A stretch of DNA of 63,437 nucleotides, counting the filler, from Octopus bimaculoides (taxonomy: Eukaryota), in NCBI RefSeq assembly GCF_001194135.2. It is 5 parts of 5 records of this genome, joined end to end, with 100 filler letters (N's around TTAATTAATTAA, not from the genome) between each part and the next. Parts side by side here need not be neighbours in the genome. Positions count along the whole stretch, not along the records: positions 4,126 to 26,847 come from NC_068985.1; positions 26,948 to 41,974 come from NC_068984.1; 3 more parts are not named here. One strand, given 5' to 3'. Below the pieces are notes generated by a model. The model worked only from the letters and a program-made list of their open reading frames with translations, was not told the origin of the DNA and did no database searches. The position numbers were made by a program, and so were the translations under genes. Of the stretch, positions 12,868 through 26,979 are shown one piece after another. Positions within the stretch are counted from its first letter, which is position 1; every line of letters begins with the position of its first letter.

Positions 12868-12999
12868 TTCTAGGATGGACCAGAACCTTTTATAATCTAC
12901 ACTAATTTACGAGCAGAAACTTCAAATTTTCACAGCTAATTTACTGGGACTATACACAGATTAGTACTCTGTACAGTATTAATAAACTTGTATATTAAT

Positions 13000-13480
13000 G
13001 TACAGGTACCTGTTCATTTAATAATTTAAGTAAAGTTTTCAGATAAATTTTGAAAGCTTTAAATCCTGCTGTTGATTTTTCCTTCAGAAATAAATTTCTA
13101 GCAGGCATAAGCTCCTAGAAAAGTGCAGTTTTATCAATATTGTATAGCTGTTCTGGAATGTAGTTCCCTCCAACAACCATTTTTGCAGCTGCTTAGAATA
13201 AGTAGTAGCAGCCTCTGCATCAGCACTGAAAACTTCACCAGTCATTTTTATGCTGTGAAAATTGAAGTGCTTCTTAAACTTTTCAAATCAGTCTTTACTA
13301 GCCAGAAAGACTTTTTTATTAGAAGTGTCACCTTCCTCTTTCTGAAAATTGTTATACAAACTTTTGGCTTTTCTTTTTTAATTAGCATTGTGCTTATGAG
13401 CACAATTATGTCAAATCTAAACCTTGATCTATAAACTCAAGAGCTATTCCATTTTAAGTATCATGTTAGATATATGAAAA
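13000..13480 (-). mobile_element. pogo/Tigger transposase relic
   Basis: Minus-strand FLASKD*FEKFKKHFNFHSIKMTGEVFSADAEAA matches the CENP-B-type HTH to DDE linker motif of Tigger transposases. Confidence 0.75.
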
Positions 13481-13854
13481 AGTAAGATAAGAAGCTAACA
13501 AAGTAAATTCTTGCATACTTGATTTCATTTTCTCTCTATTGTTATGTATTGTTTCCTCTATAGACATTGCAAGCCTTAAAGCTTTGGCAATGTGGCTGAT
13601 TTTTCTTCTGCATCAAGCCTTATTTGATCCCTACTTTGATCTTAGCTAAAATGACAAGAAGCGGCCTTTTGGCTAAGAAGAATGTATAGTTTTTAACATT
13701 TATCTCAGTTTCTGTGAAATTACGGAATGTATCCTGGAATTAATGGCCATACTTCACTATTTCCAGAAGTATGACTCCTTTAACTTGAGAAAACTGTAAC
13801 ACAGGGTATGCCTCTGTGTGTGTGTCTGTCTGTCTGTTTGACTATACTCTTTTA

Positions 13855-13994
13855 CTCTTTTACTTGTTTCAGTCATTTGACTGCGGCCATGCTGGAGCAC
13901 CGCCTTTAGTCGAATCAAATCGACCCCAGGACTTATTCTTTGTAAGCCTAGTACTTATTCTATCGGGTCACTTTTTGCCGAACCGCTAAGTTAC
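13855..13994 (-). mobile_element. SINE family 1 3' part, running into a gap
   Basis: tacttgtttcagtcatttgactgcggccatgctggagcaccgcc is the reverse complement of the family tail. Confidence 0.9.
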
Positions 13995-14789
13995 NNNNNN
14001 NNNNNNNNNNNNNNNNNNNNNNNNNNNNNNNNNNNNNNNNNNNNNNNNNNNNNNNNNNNNNNNNNNNNNNNNNNNNNNNNNNNNNNNNNNNNNNNNNNNN
14101 NNNNNNNNNNNNNNNNNNNNNNNNNNNNNNNNNNNNNNNNNNNNNNNNNNNNNNNNNNNNNNNNNNNNNNNNNNNNNNNNNNNNNNNNNNNNNNNNNNNN
14201 NNNNNNNNNNNNNNNNNNNNNNNNNNNNNNNNNNNNNNNNNNNNNNNNNNNNNNNNNNNNNNNNNNNNNNNNNNNNNNNNNNNNNNNNNNNNNNNNNNNN
14301 NNNNNNNNNNNNNNNNNNNNNNNNNNNNNNNNNNNNNNNNNNNNNNNNNNNNNNNNNNNNNNNNNNNNNNNNNNNNNNNNNNNNNNNNNNNNNNNNNNNN
14401 NNNNNNNNNNNNNNNNNNNNNNNNNNNNNNNNNNNNNNNNNNNNNNNNNNNNNNNNNNNNNNNNNNNNNNNNNNNNNNNNNNNNNNNNNNNNNNNNNNNN
14501 NNNNNNNNNNNNNNNNNNNNNNNNNNNNNNNNNNNNNNNNNNNNNNNNNNNATATAGTAGAATAATAAAAAGAAAGTTCTTGGTACAGAAAATATGAGTA
14601 AAGATGGCTTGGAGTGGAGGGGGGGGATAATTTTTATTTTAATCTTAATAATAATGTTTACAGTAAGTTACTCTGATATGAGTTTTGGGCTTCAAGTAAC
14701 CGTTTTCAAACTGAAAAATGTATGTTTTACTGGTTGCTTAATTAGCAAAAGATTTTTTTCTTGATGAACTGAGCATTCAATTCTAAAAG

Positions 14790-15610
14790 GCACCAACAGG
14801 TAACCATTTATCTGAACTGTAGATTCGATGCCGTCATAAATGGCAGTGATCTAACCATGGGAGTCCGGGTCCAGCCCAGCTGCCTTGAGGACTGCCACCA
14901 GGTACTGGTGGTCTACCCTTTTAAAAGCTTTACTCTGGTCTAAATGGACCAGTGCCCCACCTTTACTGGATAACTTACCCACTCTATCTAAGGTGTAGCA
15001 CAGGAGATGGAGATTGTCCTGGATTGACCTGCCTGGGATGATGCTTGTCTGTGCCCTCCCAACAAGTTTCTCTGCGATGTGCCAACCTCTTAGCTAGCAC
15101 CTTGGCCAAAATCTTTAACTCTCCATTAAATAGAGTTATGGGCCAAAAATTACTAATATGGTCCCCCTTGCGTGGGTCTTTTCTGATCAGCGTCACCAAT
15201 CCCTGACTCACAGAGCTGGGAATCCTTCCATTCTGCTGCCAGTTTGTGTAGACGCAGGCCAGCAAGTGCCTGAACAAGTCCGGCATACTACAATAAAATT
15301 CATAGAGCAGACCATCCAGCCCTAGCGATTTGTCCCTGGCACACTCAGCCAGTACCACTTCAACCTCTGTAGCCGTAATCGACCCTTCACAGCATTCCAC
15401 CTCCTGTGCTGAGAGTCACAGCCCACCAGCAAGGAAGTCTCTTAGCGGCTCCCCACGGTCCAGTCCGCCACTCTCTCCAAACAACTGGGCAAAATGCTGG
15501 TGAAAGGTTTTTAGCATCTCCATTGTTAAAGACGTAATAGAGGCTTCTCTGCCTCTCCGACTCTCCACGTGACGTGCCCATCCGACAACATTAATATGTT
15601 CTCTCCCCAC
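14790..15610 (-). mobile_element. L1/Tx1-clade LINE RT fragment
   Basis: DKSLGLDGLLYEFY, NFWPITLFNGELKILAKVLAKRL, PGRSIQDNL, LDQSKAFKRVDH. Confidence 0.85.
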
Positions 15611-15619
15611 TGCACAATG

Positions 15620-16655
15620 TTTAGCTCTGACTCTACACCCTTCGTGTTTGGCTTTGAGATGATGGTAAAAACACTTTCACCGCCACCACTCTGGATGCAG
15701 AGCCAGATTCCATGGCCTCATCTAATTCCTTAATTAACATCCATCTATTCTAGTCTTATCTAGACTTAACTGCTTGCTAAATCTAATAGACTCAGAATGA
15801 ATGGCTCATTTGAGGGCACACCACCACCTATTATTAATAATGGCACCAGTTAATGCTCTCTGCACTAACTCCTTAACCTGGGCACAGAAGGTTTTACAAG
15901 TCAAAATAGACTTGTTCGACTTTCAGTACCCTGGTCCCTGTAGCATAGCTATTCATGCACACGCATCATACACTCTACCTTTCATTGCAAGTGAGAGACC
16001 CTTCATTACTAACAGAGGTAGTAGTTCTCTGAACTTTGCCCAGCTTATTCTTATTCTAGCAACTATGCTTTTGGAATAACCTCCTCCACTACTAACTTGG
16101 TTTCCTAAGTAATGGAAACTGTTAATACTTCTAAGGACCCCCCCCCCCCCGACATTTGAGAGAGTCTATTTTTTTGCATATTCCTGGTGCTTAATGTACT
16201 TGCACATAGGTCACAGGTAAAGACTACTTTCTCTGTTAGTCTTCCAGTGATACCACTGCACCTCTTATGTGTCCATAGCTTGCACTGGGAACAGAATTTC
16301 TCCCAATACCTTTTCTACATATCGAGCAGGACCATCTCCTTGAAGGGATATGTAATTTGTCTGTTTTCCCACTTATCACAACCTTGGTCTTTGCTAAATT
16401 AACTCTAAGGCCCTTTGATTCCAGTCATTGCTTCCATACCTGAAATTTCTTCTCTAGTTCTGGTAGTGATTCAGTAATAAGAACAAGGTCATTGACATAG
16501 AAGAGCTCCCAGGGGTAGCCACTCTTAAATTCCTCAGTAATTGCTTGAAGACTATGATAAACAAGATGGGGCTAAGAACCGATCCTTGATAGACTCCTAC
16601 TTGTAGACTAAATCCCTTGCTATATTCATTGGTGTTGGGCCTGACATTTTGGTAT
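15620..16655 (-). mobile_element. RTE LINE relic, RT motifs 4-5 and post-RT region
   Basis: VGVYQGSVLSPILFII, WELFYVNDLVLI, LESKGLRVNLAKTK, RISWAKFRELLPLL. Confidence 0.8.
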
Positions 16656-17091
16656 CTTTACTTTGATCTTGAGCTAAGCATTGGTTAGTATGTAAGAAAT
16701 GTTTTATGGTGCTAACTAACAATCTTGAAAAGGTTTATGCTTTCTATTATGTGAAGCCAGCCCTGCCTTGCTGCATGTTACAAATCTGCAGTGATCACAA
16801 ACGAAATCATTTGAAACAGGTTCTCATTGATGCCTCTACTTATGATTTACACAAAGTTTAATCATGATATCCCAGTCTACTTACCTCAAGCCATTTCAAA
16901 CTTGTGAAACATGTTTTTTTCCATTTGTTTTGCTTTCCACCAAGGTCTTCTTAAGAGTTGAGATCAATATTGCAACATTTGAAGTTATCCTTATACTTAT
17001 CCTTGTAACATAAGAAGGGATGAACTACAGGCTGTTTGCTTTTGCAAAGCTGACCACAGAACAAATTTTGGGGGAACCTATAATCTCTCCT

Positions 17092-17230
<139 letters not shown>

Positions 17231-17232
17231 TA

Positions 17233-18010
17233 TATGTATTTTGCCAGAAGCTTGCCAGCAGCTGATAGTAGAGCAATACCTCTGTAGTTACCACACATTG
17301 TTCTGGCTCCTTTTCTTTTATATAGAGGAAGAATAATTGCATCCTTCCAGTCCTTAGGGATTGCACCATCTCTCCAGACTGCACTAATAAGTTCATGAAG
17401 GGACTGTGCGATGTAATTACCACCAAATCGCAAGACCTCAGCACAAATTCCATCCTTTCCAGGTGCCCTACCAAGATTCAATTTACTTATTGATGTCATT
17501 ACTTCATCTGTTGAGGGCGAGGAGTCTAAAGAGCCAATGATAGGTCTTTGTTGCATAGTATCAATCACTGTTTCATCCACAACTGACTCATGTTTTAGTT
17601 CAGAGAAGTGTTTGATCCAGCTACCTGTGATTTCTGTTGATTTAGTAAACAGAGTGGAAGACTCCTTGGAAAGCAAAGGAGCTGATGTGGAGCTCTTAGG
17701 TCCATAAGCTCGCTTCATAAGATGGTAAAGCTTCTTGCTGTCATTTGCATCAGCAGCAACCTGAACATCACGAGCAAGATCCTCCCACCAAGTGTTCTGC
17801 ATCTTCCTGAGAGATCGCTGCAGTAGTGTTTTTACACTGTTATAGTGGGCAAGTGCTATACTTCGCTGCACAGTAGATAGTTCTCTGTGTAGCAATACAC
17901 TGTGAACATGGCGCTTTACCACCAATAGTCACTGAACTTCAGCATCATTCTCATCAAACCAGTCTCTGTGTCTGACAGTAACATATCCCAGTGTTTTGGT
18001 TGCACATTGT
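17233..18010 (-). mobile_element. BovB-like RTE LINE ORF fragment (endonuclease-RT linker and RT start), frame largely open
   Basis: [60 protein letters not shown]. Confidence 0.9.
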
Positions 18011-18081
18011 ATATAATATATATATAACGCCACACATCCTCTTCCAAGTAAGTTTTATCTTAATATATACACACACATATA

Positions 18082-18412
18082 AGTGAACGTGCATGGCTCA
18101 GTGGTTAGAGCATTGGGCTCACAACCATGAGGTAGTGAGTTCGATTCCCAAACCAAGCCATGTGTTGTGTTCTTGAACAAGACACCTTATTTCGCATTGC
18201 TCTTGTTCACTCAGCAGTAGAAATGAGTTGTGACATCACTGGTACCAAGCTGAATTGGCCTTTTTCTTGGATAACATTGATGGTGCAGAGAGGGGAGGCT
18301 GATATGCATGAGTGACTGCTGGTATTCCATAAACAGCCTTGCTCAGACTTATGCTTTGGAGGATAACTTTCTAGGCGCAATTCCATGGTTGTTCATGACC
18401 AAAGAGGTTCCT
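18082..18412 (+). mobile_element. tRNA-derived SINE family 3
   Basis: gcatggctcagtggttagagc A-box and gagttcgattcc B-box followed by a non-tRNA body; head also present reversed at ~49230-49330. Confidence 0.75.
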
Positions 18413-18659
18413 CCTCATCTATATCGTTGCTATTATGCAAAAGTGTTGTCAGTTCAAAACGTTTTTTCGGGAAACCAAAAAATAGTTACACCATTCCATA
18501 GCAAAACTGTTGCACTACACTTTGACAATTTTTTATATTTTGGCATCTGAAGCAACTGGAGATACAATTGTTTGACCAAAAGAATCAGCTATTGCAAGCA
18601 AAAATAAATATTGGAAAAAACGCATTTGGCTAAGTTTGGATATACAACAGTTTAACATA

Positions 18660-18697
<38 letters not shown>

Positions 18698-19977
18698 NNN
18701 NNNNNNNNNNNNNNNNNNNNNNNNNNNNNNNNNNNNNNNNNNNNNNNNNNNNNNNNNNNNNNNNNNNNNNNNNNNNNNNNNNNNNNNNNNNNNNNNNNNN
18801 NNNNNNNNNNNNNNNNNNNNNNNNNNNNNNNNNNNNNNNNNNNNNNNNNNNNNNNNNNNNNNNNNNNNNNNNNNNNNNNNNNNNNNNNNNNNNNNNNNNN
18901 NNNNNNNNNNNNNNNNNNNNNNNNNNNNNNNNNNNNNNNNNNNNNNNNNNNNNNNNNNNNNNNNNNNNNNNNNNNNNNNNNNNNNNNNNNNNNNNNNNNN
19001 NNNNNNNNNNNNNNNNNNNNNNNNNNNNNNNNNNNNNNNNNNNNNNNNNNNNNNNNNNNNNNNNNNNNNNNNNNNNNNNNNNNNNNNNNNNNNNNNNNNN
19101 NNNNNNNNNNNNNNNNNNNNNNNNNNNNNNNNNNNNNNNNNNNNNNNNNNNNNNNNNNNNNNNNNNNNNNNNNNNNNNNNNNNNNNNNNNNNNNNNNNNN
19201 NNNNNNNNNNNNNNNNNNNNTCAAAAATCATGTGTTTTACCAGCTAAAATTGAACTTCATTTGGCAAAAGAGACATCTCACATGAAAAATACAAGTAGAA
19301 ATACTGTTATCCAATTTTCTGTTAAAATAAAATATTTATTATTTATTTTTATATAAGGACCATACACGCACACACACACACACACACACACATATGCACA
19401 GCCTCTCTTGATTTTTTTCCCTTTCCAATATGGACCCCTCTTCCCTTCCTCGCAACAATATCAATTTTTATTTATTTAACAATATATTATTTTTAGAGTA
19501 ATTTATTTTTTATTTTGTGTTGTCTGAGACAATTTCTGTTATTCAGTTAAAGAAGTCTTTTAGTCAAATTCTTATTGATTTCTTTCTTTATTTTTATTTC
19601 TCTTTAAGTTATATTTCTAGAACTTTCTCATTATTGATTTATTTTGGTTTAATACCAGTTTATGGTGATCGAAGTATTGAAGCAACATAATTATAGTCAA
19701 TTCAATTGGTTTCAGTATATTACTGGTACATTAGCACTAAATTGGCAGAGTTATTAAAGCATCAGATGAAATGTTTGTGAAACACTATTTATTGTATCAC
19801 CTCACATTCTGAGTTCATATCCTGCTAAGATCAATTGTGCCATTCATCATTCTAGGATCAATATATAAAGTACTAATCCAGGGTGGGAGATTCATCTAGG
19901 AAATCATTAGTGTATTAAATGAGATGCCTTGTAGAATTTATTCCAGCTGTGTTCTGTGTCAAATCCCGCTGTGGCTT

Positions 19978-20484
19978 CAGGGCAGGATCAAGACCCATAA
20001 AGACCCTAAGCACTTTGATTTTGGTGCCCACATATATAGAATTCAAAATATAAACAATAATAAACCAGAAAATAATGTTTATCTTTACATACTTTCACTT
20101 TATATATGAAAAGTTTTCTACTTTTTTTAATTGCAAAGTCTTTGATCAGATCCTCGAAATTAATCTTACGTAACACATCTGCTTCTATACTTAGTATAGA
20201 TAAGGCATCCAGCCTACCTTGTTGCATAGTTGTTCTAATGGGTCTATTAATATACTTCAACTGAGAAAATGAATTCTCAGCTGAGCAATTTCTGATCATT
20301 AATGCTAAAAACATACGAAAGGCAATATCTACATTTGTAAAAGCACACACAATAATGTTTATTTTAGCAAGTTGAAAGTAATTCTTTTGTGCCATAAACC
20401 ATTTACCATTTCTGTGATGCTCCGCTTCCCTTGATGTCCTAAGCATGCACTTATTTTGCTTAATGGTTAATCTAATGCTGGCCT
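19978..20484 (-). mobile_element. Short non-autonomous hAT element carrying the C-terminal dimerisation domain
   Basis: FTNVDIAFRMFLALMIRNCSAENSFSQLKYI..IRTTMQQGRLDALSILSIEADVL..INFEDLIKDFAIKKSRK; CAGGGC-like terminus at 19978. Confidence 0.75.
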
Positions 20485-21039
20485 TAATCTATCACCTAGT
20501 AAAACACCATTACCTGGGCGTTGGGTGTTTTTAGAAGAGTACACTCTGTTGCAAGTATCTGAGTTAGGTGTTTAGTTTGAAGTAACCTTCCTTTTTCTCT
20601 CCCACCAGTCTCAGAGACCCTGTAAAGGGTCGTAGGCTTGCCTTTCTCTCCTGATTAAACAACAAAAATAAAAATTCAGAACTTTTAATTATTTTAGCCA
20701 CCTTTGATTGATAAAAGGCAAAGATGAGATGGGCAAGATTTGAACTTGAAACACTAGGGACATGACCAAATATCACAAAAGTATGTTGTCCAATACTACA
20801 ACAATTTACCATGCACTGCCATACAGTTAGTTCACTGCTGTACTCTTTGAATTAACTGGACTTTCCTCCCAACAATAGTTCTTATTTACAACTATTTAAA
20901 ACACTACATATTAAGACCTGGATTTTAGTGACTCTCAAACATGAGGAATATAATTCTACTCAGACTTTCATAATTATTCTATAATTCAGAAAGTTAAGTA
21001 ATCGTGACATACTCCACAAAATTTAGAATAGTACTTGAT

Positions 21040-21096
<57 letters not shown>

Positions 21097-22861
21097 TGTG
21101 AATGGGTTAACACATTTTTATTTTATATTATTGTGTTGTCATTCATGCATTTTGAAATTCATTTAAATGTCTGACAGTCATTTGAATTCTGGTACAGTCA
21201 ATGTTATTTAATAATAACAATCATCTAGACAATATTTTCTTCTATGCACAATATGCAGCTAAAAAAAAAAAGCATGTCAGACATGTAAAGACCGTGTTTA
21301 CAGTAGAAGTAGAACTGGATTAATGTTATATGTATAACTCTAGGTGAGAACAAGATATGTCCTTGTTGAATGATGTTGCTTCACTGGACATTGTATAATT
21401 GTCACACTTTGTACACAAAGCCACATTCCTTTTTGTTTGATTTCCTGTGTCTGTGACCAAACAGTCTATAGAAACTGTTGGTTTATGTTTAATCATTATA
21501 ATAATCTTACTCTTTTATCTTTTGTGTTAAATAATTTCAATTTTCTGGTCTGTCAAAAATGACATTAACATGTAAAAATACTGTCTATTATTTGCCAACA
21601 GTTCATTATGAAACAGCATTATTATGATCAGAGTTCTGGTGTTTTATTTACAATATGTTCCAATGACCAAGTGTCATGTATGAATAACTAATGATCTTTT
21701 AAAGCTGTGAGAACAGGTGGGAAGCCAGTAGCTAATAGAAAGTTTAAAACAGAAAGAGAAGAATTAAAAGTCTGAGTGTGTGTGTGTGTGGTATCTATAT
21801 TGTAGCTGTGAAGTTGGAGGCCTGTATAGTTGACATAGTTGTCGTCGTCATCATCATCATTATTTTATGTCAAGTTCCTATACTGGTATGGGCTGAATGA
21901 ATCATTATGAATGGTTAAGTCAGTCCTTATTCAGCATTTTCAATTTTGTTTCACTCATGTATTCCATTTTTGACATAGTTTCTGCAGTCAGATATCCTTC
22001 CCATCACCAGCTGCTTCACAGAGTATACTGGTCCTTAAATAGCTCTAGTGGAGTTCACTCTGTAGCAAGCAGAGCTTTGCAGAGGCTCTGCAAAGGGCCA
22101 TGAGCACTGCCTTTCCTTCCTTATTAAAAGATAAAAGAAAACCCTATCTGTTGCTGCCAAATATAATTTTGAGTTGAAGTTCAGTCAGAGCAACTAAATC
22201 TCCTCTGTTTGATTCCCTATCAAACTTTAAAATTAATGAACATGGTAAATCTTAGTTTAATTCTAAAGATTCAATGGCTAATTATTACTAGATGGGTTGT
22301 TATGGGTGTGTTGGAACTATAAAATAAAATCAATCTTTCATGAGACAACTTTAATCAGGGGGAAGTTACTTACAAAGTAAATATTCCCTCTGTCTCTCTT
22401 TCCCTTTTTGCACATGCCCATTCACCTTGTCCAATAATCTGTACCACTTCAATTATATTTACTTGAAATAACTTGAGGATACCCCCCCAACACATCTTCA
22501 CTGCCATCTTCTCTCTCTCTTCCTCCCTCTCCTCTCTCTGTTCCGACTGATGTAACCATGTTTCTCCTCTGCAACAAGACACCTGTTTCTGTATCTCTAT
22601 CATACCTGAGCTACTCATCATCTGGCACAAAGTAACCTTCCTCAATACCACTTTTCCATTCAGCTGAGGGGGTCTTGTCTTGCAAGTTACTTGGTGATCT
22701 CACTGGTGCTGGTGCTACATAAAGAGCATTCGGTACACTCGGTAAATTGGTTGGCATTAGAAAGAGCATGCAGCAGTAGAAACCATGCCAAAGCAGACAG
22801 TAGAGCTTGGCACTGTTCTCTGGCTTTGTGATAATGATGATGATTCTAAACTTACCTGTTA

Positions 22862-23244
22862 CCTTTTACTTGTTTCAATCATTTGACTGCAGCCACGAAG
22901 GATTTTAGTTGCATTTGACTGCAGCCTTGAAAGGTTTGTCAAACAAATCAACTCCATGAGTTTTTTTTATTAAGCTCAGTACTTATTCTATTGGTCTCTT
23001 TTGCAAAACTGCTAAGTAACAGGGACATAAACACACCAACACCAGTTGTCAAGTGGTAGGGTGGGGAGGACAAACACAGACACAAAGACACACACACACA
23101 CACATATATACATACAACAGACTTTGTTCAGTTTCCATCCACCAAATCCACTCAAAAGGCTTTGGTCAGTATGAGATGCTTGCCCAGGGTGCCACGCAGT
23201 GGGACTGAACCTGGAACCATGTGGTTGGAATGCAAACTTTTTAC
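22862..23244 (-). mobile_element. SINE family 1, degenerate full length
   Basis: Tail, CA tract and head gccacgcagtgggactgaacctggaaccatgtgg. Confidence 0.85.
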
Positions 23245-24425
23245 TTGGGGAAATTCTAAAACTACGAATAATTGGAAATTACTTTTCAGTAGTGTGTATA
23301 AAGACAGTAACTTAGCACAGAATTTAGAGAAGAATACATGAAGAACACACATAGAGAAGAATATATGAATAAAATGTGGAAAGGAAAATATGAACAAACT
23401 CTAGAAGAGGAGATATGAAGTGAACGTTGTGAAGAATATATGAACAAATTGTAGAGAGGAAAATATAAACAAAATGTGCAGAAAAAGATAGTGAGGAGTT
23501 TTTTTCCCTCCTGCAAATAAGTTAAAATAATATCAAGGTGAAACCTAAAATCCCAAGTAGATATTTAGTTTTCCTCCTTCAAGTAATTGATATCTCTATT
23601 TCATTCTCAGGATTTTGAAATTTATTCACAAGAATATTTAAAATAACCATGATGTTATAGGTTTTACTTTACTGAACATGATGTCAATCTGTGTGTGTGT
23701 AAATAAGTGTTTGTGGGGTAAAAGAGAGAGAAATGAAAAGGAGAAAATTTGAAGCAGCAAGCATACAGATAATTTAGAAGACAGGATGTAGCAGTTGAAT
23801 ATTTAACAGGTTTGTAAGTTGTATGCTTCATGGTGAAATAAATCCATACTAGATACATTATGGAGTATCTGAAGTCTTTTTAATATAAGTTATAGCTATA
23901 TTTTTAACTGCATCATTTAAATCAGATGCAGTGAGACTAAAAGTGTAGACACAACTTACATTTTAAACTTCCCACTTATCCAATCAATGGTGTGTAATAG
24001 ATTATTAATTCATTCTTCCTCTTAACTATAAGGTGATATGATTTGGTAGCAGTCGAGTGGATTTGGATGACAGAAACTGAATGAAGTCTGTCATGTGAGT
24101 GTGTGTGTGTGTGTGTGTCTTTTTCTAGACATCACATGATGGTTGTAAAAAGCAAGCCTGTTCAGCTCTTCTGTGAAAAGCATGTCTAGCTAAGGGAAAA
24201 TATTACCTTGCTTGGAAAACAGGTGAGAGTTGGTGACAGGAAGTGCATCCAGCCAAGCCATATGTGTGCATGTCTGCCTTTGTACAAATGTTATAGGTTG
24301 TAAATGGAAAAGGAAGGTAATACTCAAAAAATGGTGTAAAGTTTGTTAATTCTTTATTGGAATTTAGGAATTGATCTTACCTTTTCCCAAGTTTCTGAGA
24401 AATCACAGACTGGAGTAATGGATAA

Positions 24426-24462
<37 letters not shown>

Positions 24463-24814
24463 CATATATATATATATATATATAAACATGTTTCTGGAGT
24501 GATAATTATATTATCTAAAAATCAAAAAAATTAACATTTCAGAGTAATTTCAGCCTTCTCAGTGGTTCAATACATATTAAATTGATTTCAATTGATTGAA
24601 GAACCTGGGTAGCATCTAAAATAGTTATTGGCTTATTAAATTAGTTACATGAAAAACTGCAGTACCGACTAAAATATTTGAAAAACTGTAAAAATCAAAC
24701 AAAACAAGTAGAAGATTTTATTTATATATTTTGTTTTTCGATTCTGCTTTCACACAACAATCTTAAATCTCGGAGAATAATTCTTCACAACACTAATGGA
24801 GTTTCTCTGCTGAT

Positions 24815-25385
24815 ATAACATCTACTAAATACTAATTAATAATGTTGCTGTTTTAACACAGCATTTACCAGACATGATGTTGCTGTCTTAATACATCTAC
24901 CAAACACTGATAATGTTGCCATTTTAATACAGCTTCTACCAGACACTGATAATGTTGCTGTTTTAATACAACATCTACCAGATATTGATAATGTTGCTGT
25001 TTTAATACATCTACCAGATATTGATAATGTTGCTGTTTTAATACATCTGCTAGACAGTGATAACGTCTCTGGTTTGGCCTGTTACCACATATCTGCTGAA
25101 ATTCATTGACTTTGTTTCAATTGATTTTGAAAATAATGAATTTAGTAAAATAACTTGGTTTGTATTAAGCTGGTGCTTGGAAACATAAATTAACTTGAAA
25201 TTTTGATGAAAGTTATAATAATTTAGGTAACTCTAAAACAGAAAGTTTGTATCATAAAACCAGAAGCAGTCTCAGGCAGATTGGTATTAAAAGCTTTAAC
25301 ATATCTACCAGATATGATAAATGTTCCTGATAATGCCACTGGTTTAATACAGCTTCCAAACACTGATAATGTTGCTGTTTTAAAT
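24815..25385. repeat. 36/39-bp minisatellite (ttttaatacagcatctaccagacactgataatgttgctg), about 6 units plus 2 more after a ~230-bp interruption
   Basis: Direct inspection of tandem units. Confidence 0.85.
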
Positions 25386-25491
25386 CTTGTTCCTTCACTT
25401 CTTCATTCAGCATCAACAGTTAGAAAATAACTGTTTCCTACATTGCCTTTGTGAAAATATAATCTGGGGGTCTTTTCAATACTTACCGCAT

Positions 25492-25705
25492 ATCTGACTT
25501 AGAGAGAGGCTATGAAATAGAAAATGTAACCTGAGATTCATTGTAATCAATACTATTGCACACATCTGACCTAGAGACTGTGATAGAAAATACAATTTGG
25601 GATCCATCTTAATCAATATCACCACTTATCTGACCTAGAGACTTTGTGGTAGAATCTATAACCTGGGATCCTAATCAATATTACTACCACTCATGTGACC
25701 TAGAT
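25492..25705. repeat. Degenerate tandem repeat with 64-72-bp period, 3 full units and a partial
   Basis: atctgacctagaga starts at 25492, 25564, 25628 and 25693. Confidence 0.75.
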
Positions 25706-25734
25706 AAACTGTTTAAGGAAATTATATGTCTTTT

Positions 25735-26100
25735 ATCTTTTGTTTCAGTCATTAAACTGCGGTCATGCTGGGGTACCGCCTTGCTGAATTTTTAGTTGAA
25801 TAACTCGACCCCAGTACTTACTTTTTTTTTTTAAACCTGATACTTATTCTATTGGGTCTCTTTTGTTGAACCACTAAGTCATGAGGACATAAACACATCA
25901 ACACTGGTTGTCAAGCGGTGGTGGGAGACAAATACACACACACACACACACACACACTCACACACAGGGCATGCTTCTTTCAGTTTCTGTCTACCACACC
26001 CGTTCACAAGGCTTTAGTTGGCCTGAGGCTATAATAGAAGACACTTGACCAAGGTGCCACACAGTGGAACTGAACCTGGAACCATGTGGTTAGGAAACAA
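25735..26100 (-). mobile_element. SINE family 1 full length
   Basis: Reverse complement of the tail, body and head of the family. Confidence 0.85.
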
Positions 26101-26666
26101 AATCTAGACTGGAAAGTAATGACTAATGCAAGCAAAAGAGATAGACTATCTGTCATCATCATTGTTTAGCCCTAGCTTGCAAAGGCTGAGTAGATCTATG
26201 ATTAAAAAAAAACATTCTAACTAGACTGTCCAGCAATGGCAGCTGCAGCAACTGCTGCTACTATTGGAAAATGATAAAAACAAATTCCATTTAGAAAATT
26301 TGTAGCACATCATATTATTTACACCATCATCATTTCACTTCAGTTTTCCATTTCGGCATGAGTTGGATTGGTCATCAACAGTTTGAATTGGTTTTTATCC
26401 AAAGTTACTGCTCTCCTAGATGAGTCAGAATTTTCAATGAACCAATCACTGGTTTCCCACATTTCTAACGGCAAGAGTTGACAACACTGTGTGTGTAACT
26501 TGCTGTAAAGCAAATATAACTTGGTCCTATGTTCTTAAGGCACTGATTTTCTTGATGAAGATTACATCCTCTTTACTTTTATACCTCGGTGAAAGATTCA
26601 TATGCATGTGTGTGTGTGTGTGTATATATATGCATGTGTGTGTTTGTATATCTATCTACCTATCTA

Positions 26667-26753
<87 letters not shown>

Positions 26754-26947
26754 CCAGATATGCATCTATATATACATGTAGATGAAGGTATGTACATACA
26801 TGTACATATATATGCATATACTCATATATCATTTGTATATATATATANNNNNNNNNNNNNNNNNNNNNNNNNNNNNNNNNNNNNNNNNNNNTTAATTAAT
26901 TAANNNNNNNNNNNNNNNNNNNNNNNNNNNNNNNNNNNNNNNNNNNN

Positions 26948-26977
<30 letters not shown>

Positions 26978-26979
<2 letters not shown>

